Assembly (NCBI RefSeq): GCF_964204645.1
Contig: NC_134030.1
Span: 231,355-295,354, forward strand
Origin: Tubulanus polymorphus
Taxonomy: Eukaryota > Animalia > Nemertea
DNA: 64,000 nucleotides
Direction: 5' to 3'
A program made the position numbers and the translations under genes. The notes under the pieces are model-generated. The model saw only the letters and a program-made list of their open reading frames with translations. It did not search any database and was not told where the DNA came from. Positions 59,381 to 64,000 of the stretch are shown here, piece after piece (the first letter of the stretch is position 1; the number at the start of each line of letters is the position of its first letter).

Positions 59381-60598
59381 TCAGATTGTTTTATTTCTTA
59401 CATATTTTATTTTACAACAAAAACAATCAGTAAATAGTTTAATAAATTCTTTCCGGAAAACTTTCAATGTTCTGATGTAGATAAATAAATTCACGCAGAA
59501 CACAAATTGTCGAAATGGTATCAAGAACCATTGTACGTCGGTCCATAAAGCAATAAGAAAGAAGCCTAAATGAGGTCTTGATCGGTCATAGGTGTCTATA
59601 CCATAATCTCTTTTAAGCACTGGGAGTAAGGCGTATATTGTATACTGAATGCTTTTAACTGCAGCATGCGGGAAAACTAGTAAAACATACACCATAACTA
59701 TAACTAGTAGAGTTTTACTGGCTGAAGATTGATGACGATCTGTTCTCTTCGCTCTCATCTCAGATCTCTTATTGCGTAATGAAGCAGTTAACACTGATAA
59801 TATTACAATCATTAAAGAAGGCAATATATCTTGTAAAGATGTTTTCCCAACTGTTATTGCTCGTGTCCGGGTTATGCTCGTAGCGATTAACTGATCACAC
59901 CGAAAAAAGTCGTATGTTTCTTTGTATCTTGGAATTTTATCGAAAGTAACGCGACTGCGCAAGATTAAAGAATCCAAGTTCATAAGATACGCCCAGAAGA
60001 TGACGGAACCTACTGCAATTTTACGGCGAGTGACGGTGCAATGTTTCATGTGAAAGAAAGGAAAACGAATAGAAACAAATCTCTCAATAGCGATCACTAA
60101 AACTGTGTAGTTTGATACAGATATTGCCTGGTTGTAGAATAGGGTCCGTAGCAAACACGTAGGAAACAGTTTATTGGGCAGATTACGGAAATAGTAATCG
60201 AAATCGTAAAGTGATGGACATAGTTTCCTGTGTTTAGCGAATAGAAAATAACTGGCACATGCTCTACTATAAAATCCTAGACGATAAACAACGAACTCTC
60301 TCAAATGTAAAGGGAAACCCTTTACCTGAAACAAGACGACAATTTGATCTGTAAACGCGAGAGTTATGAGATAGGGGAACGTGTAACGAACTGACTGATA
60401 TCTGCGACACTTTATCAGTAAAATTATTGTCAGAAAGTTAAACACACTTCCCGGTGGAAGTAAGAAGAGAAAATTGATTGTGTTGCTAAATAAAGCAGCG
60501 AACTTTGCAAACCCCTTGAAAGCTAAGATGTATCCCGGTGTCTTCACAGTGGTGCGGTATATTCGAGTTGTAGTGACGATAGCGGTAAAATTGTCCAT
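59381..60598 (-). CDS. Class A GPCR, array copy 14 (subtype B)
   Basis: Same 7TM motifs; intact ORF. Confidence 0.9.
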   Translation of the reverse strand: MDNFTAIVTTTRIYRTTVKTPGYILAFKGFAKFAALFSNTINFLFLLPPGSVFNFLTIILLIKCRRYQSVRYTFPYLITLAFTDQIVVLFQVKGFPLHLREFVVYRLGFYSRACASYFLFAKHRKLCPSLYDFDYYFRNLPNKLFPTCLLRTLFYNQAISVSNYTVLVIAIERFVSIRFPFFHMKHCTVTRRKIAVGSVIFWAYLMNLDSLILRSRVTFDKIPRYKETYDFFRCDQLIATSITRTRAITVGKTSLQDILPSLMIVILSVLTASLRNKRSEMRAKRTDRHQSSASKTLLVIVMVYVLLVFPHAAVKSIQYTIYALLPVLKRDYGIDTYDRSRPHLGFFLIALWTDVQWFLIPFRQFVFCVNLFIYIRTLKVFRKEFIKLFTDCFCCKIKYVRNKTI

Positions 60599-62102
60599 GA
60601 CAAGAACAGAACAGTTTGACGTGACAATCAGTGTAGTGACTGCTTCCCTCACATTGTGGGTTACAGCCGCGGTACCACGATTTCAAAATACTTCCATCAA
60701 ACTCCTGCTACAGAACACACTATAATCATCTGAAGATTTTACACGCTCTGTTGAAATTACTACTCACACGATTCGCTCTGAGAGTTTACTAAAAATCCAT
60801 CTGAAATAATTTAAGTTTCATATGAAAATTCGCAGCAGTTTTAGACTCGAGTTTATATACAGACAACTGTAGAACCATAAAGTTTGAATTTCGTGAATAC
60901 AGGTCTCTGTGGTAACATGTGAGGCGTGAAAACTAATATATACCAGTATTACATATACCAGCACTGATACACTTCAAGTTCCATTGAGACACAAGAGGCG
61001 AAATGCAACAAACAGCATTTGGAAAATTTACTTATTTCCGATTATGTATTTGATTCAACTTTTTTACTGAAGCATTTCATGTGTTTCATATAGATGTACA
61101 TAGACTACAGGGAGCAGTTTCACCAAATAGTTTAAGCCTAAAACGGTTAAGTTTGAATTGCTGTCCTCATTGAAAACATGAAGTAACCAATGGCGGCAAT
61201 TACACCAAAAATTTGAGTTAAACTTGTTCGTGAAACTGGGCCCTGTAGGAAGTTACTGTCAGTACTATTAGATCGATGAGACATATTTAACGACCATACG
61301 ACATACATCGCGCCCGATCTACAATCGTTACCCCCACCGTCCTTGAAGTGTTGCTTGTATACCACAATGCTGATGGGATAGCAGGAGTTTCTGCGTCTCA
61401 ACAAAAAACTCAACAATTCACCGTTATCTCTCTGTACATAAATGTTTATAACTTTTATTTTCATTGAACGAATTTTTTTGTAAAAATGTTTTACAACATA
61501 TTTGAATGATTCAACTGCATCTCTGCAATGACTAGATTTTACACCCCAGCACCTCAACCCCCCCCCCCCCCTTACACCCCCCCCCCCCGAGTCAAATACG
61601 AACTGTATATCTGTGGACTGAGCATTTACTGAGTATTTACTATAAATACAATTTCCTTGTTCTCCTGCAGAATATGACTTAAGGCCGATACCGACGTTTT
61701 TGGTTGGGCCTAACAGGCTCGGGCCCATTCGGCACCTGTCTGAACAGGGCCAAATTTGGCACGGACCAAAAATGCTCTCGTGTGATCGGGGCTATGGATG
61801 GAAATCATACACGGATAGTGATTTCTGTTAGTGGAATCGGTGGAGTATTTATATCAGGGAAGTGACGTCACAGCTTAGCTCCTTGCGGCTATTGTTGGAA
61901 TTAACATTTGTGGAGGTTAAATCACCTACATAAACATTAATTCTATTTATAGTTTCGAAAGCATTGAATTTCCGTAGAAATTAATGGACTACAATTTAAT
62001 CCAACTTTAAAGGAGTCACGTGGAGTAATCAATATTTCAGTCCCCTGTATAAATAGTTCACTGATGAAATCCAGGTTCAGGAATTTCGAAAATGAAAATG
62101 AA

Positions 62103-63374
62103 TCACACAGATTCGGGTTCTTTGGCGTTTATACGACAGATTATGTTCCCTATTTTACAACAAAAACAATCAGTAAATAGTTTGATAAATTCTTTCCGGA
62201 AAACTTTCAATGTTCCGATGTAAATAAAGAAATTCATGCAGAAAACGAAATGTCGAAACGTTCGCAGGAAAATGTCTAAACCATACCATAAAATTTTGAG
62301 AAAGAATCGATTATGATGATCTGTTAAACTGTTTGTAAAACTGTTTGTTAAATAGGATAGCATCCACATTGCATAATTTCTATAAAGCGAGTATCCAATG
62401 ACGTGCGCTAAGTTTTGGATACAATTACATGCTGCGTGCGGCAAAACTAGTAAAATATACACAATAACTACAACAAGAAGAGTTTTACTGGCTGAAGATT
62501 GATGACGATCTGTTCTCTTCGCTCTCATCTCAGATCTCTTATTGCGTAATGAAGCAGTTAACACTGATAATATTACAATCATTATAGAAGGCAATATATC
62601 CTGTAAAAATGTTTTTACAGCGTCTATTGCTTGTATCAGGGACCCATTGGAAATATAGATTGACTGTTCACACACAAAAGAATCAAAGATTTCTTTATAT
62701 CTGCGATATTTGTGGAGATTAACACGACTGCGCATGATTACTGAATCCAAGTTCATAAAATACGCCCAGAAGATGACAAAAACTACTGCAATTTTACGCC
62801 GAGTGACGGTGAAATGTTTCATGTGAAAGAAAGGAAAACGAATAGAAACAAATCTTTCGATAGCGATCACTATAACTGTGTAGTTTGATACAGATATTGC
62901 CTGGTTATAAAATAGGTTTGAAAATATACACGCAGGAAACACTCGTCTGGGCAGATAATAGAAATAGTAATTGAAATAGTAAAGTGATGGACATAGTTTA
63001 CTGTGTTTAGCGAATGTCAGATAAACACTGCGACATTCTCTATAAAATCCTAGATTATTAACTACAAACATGTTCAAATAATTGGGGAATTTTTCCAATT
63101 CAAACAAGACGACAAGTTGATCTGAAAACGCGATAGTTATCAGATAAGGGAACGTGTAACGAACTGACTGATAACTGCGACACTTTATCAGTAAAATTAT
63201 GGTCAGAAAGTTGAACACACTTCCCGGTGGAAACAAGAAGACACATCTGAATATATCGTTATATCTGATCATGAAGTTAGTAAATCTTCTGAAAGCTATG
63301 ATATAATCCGGTGTCTTCACAGTGGTCCAGTGTATTCTACGAGTTGTGGTGGCTATAGCGGTAAAATTATCCAT
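62103..63374 (-). CDS. Class A GPCR, array copy 15 (subtype C)
   Basis: Near-identical to copies 6 and 10. Confidence 0.9.
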   Translation of the reverse strand: MDNFTAIATTTRRIHWTTVKTPDYIIAFRRFTNFMIRYNDIFRCVFLFPPGSVFNFLTIILLIKCRSYQSVRYTFPYLITIAFSDQLVVLFELEKFPNYLNMFVVNNLGFYRECRSVYLTFAKHSKLCPSLYYFNYYFYYLPRRVFPACIFSNLFYNQAISVSNYTVIVIAIERFVSIRFPFFHMKHFTVTRRKIAVVFVIFWAYFMNLDSVIMRSRVNLHKYRRYKEIFDSFVCEQSIYISNGSLIQAIDAVKTFLQDILPSIMIVILSVLTASLRNKRSEMRAKRTDRHQSSASKTLLVVVIVYILLVLPHAACNCIQNLAHVIGYSLYRNYAMWMLSYLTNSFTNSLTDHHNRFFLKILWYGLDIFLRTFRHFVFCMNFFIYIGTLKVFRKEFIKLFTDCFCCKIGNIICRINAKEPESV

Positions 63375-64000
63375 GACAAGAACAGAACTGTTTGACGTGA
63401 CAATCTGTGTGTAGTTAGCGACTTCCCTCAAATTATAGGTTCAGCGGTACCACAATTTCAAAATACTCCCATCAAACTCCTGCTACAGAACACACTATAA
63501 TCATCTAAACATTTCACACGCTCTGTTGAAATTACTACTCACACGATTCGCTCTGAGAGTTTACTAAAAATCCATCTGAAATAATCTAAGTTTCATATGA
63601 AAATTCGCAGCAGTTTTAGACTAGAGTTTATATACAGCCAACTGTAGAACCATAAAGTTTGAATTTCGTAAATACAGGTCTCTGTGGTAACACGCGAGGT
63701 GTAAAAACTAATATATACTAGTATTACATATACCAGCACTGATACACTTCAAGTTCCATTGAGACACAAGAGGCGAAATGCAACAAACAGCATTTGGAAA
63801 ATTTACTTATTTCCGATTATGTATTTATTGATTCAACCTTCTGTACATAGACTACAGGGAGCAGTTTCACCAAATAGTTTAAGCCTAAATCAGTTAAGTT
63901 TGAATTGTTGTCCTCATTGAAAACATGAAGTAACCAATGGCGGCAATTACACCTAAAATTTGAGTTAAATTTGTTTGTGAAACTGGGCCCTGTAGGAAGT

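Overview
Eukaryotic (invertebrate, probably lophotrochozoan by inference) genomic window with four parts. (1) About 1-5.1 kb holds the first coding exon of a hedgehog gene on the minus strand. It has a signal peptide, CGPG and a phase-0 GT donor after MTQ; intron 1 runs off the left edge. (2) About 5-20 kb is intergenic and rich in micro/minisatellites, MITEs and tRNA-derived SINE-like heads. It includes an 11-copy 69-bp tandem array whose minus strand encodes a minimal type I hammerhead ribozyme in every unit, and a 15-copy array of perfect CNC/Maf (ARE)/AP-1 motifs. (3) About 20-25.4 kb holds two paralogous CD20/MS4A-like 4-TM genes with uninterrupted coding regions and paired PPxY motifs (+ strand). 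(4) From 26.4 kb to the window end is a head-to-tail array of 15 class A GPCR genes with intronless CDSs (minus strand; 14 intact, 1 frameshifted). Their intracellular parts are nearly invariant, their extracellular loops are mosaic and hypervariable, and they show higher-order duplications and several spacer types. All calls come from reading the sequence; no database searches were run.
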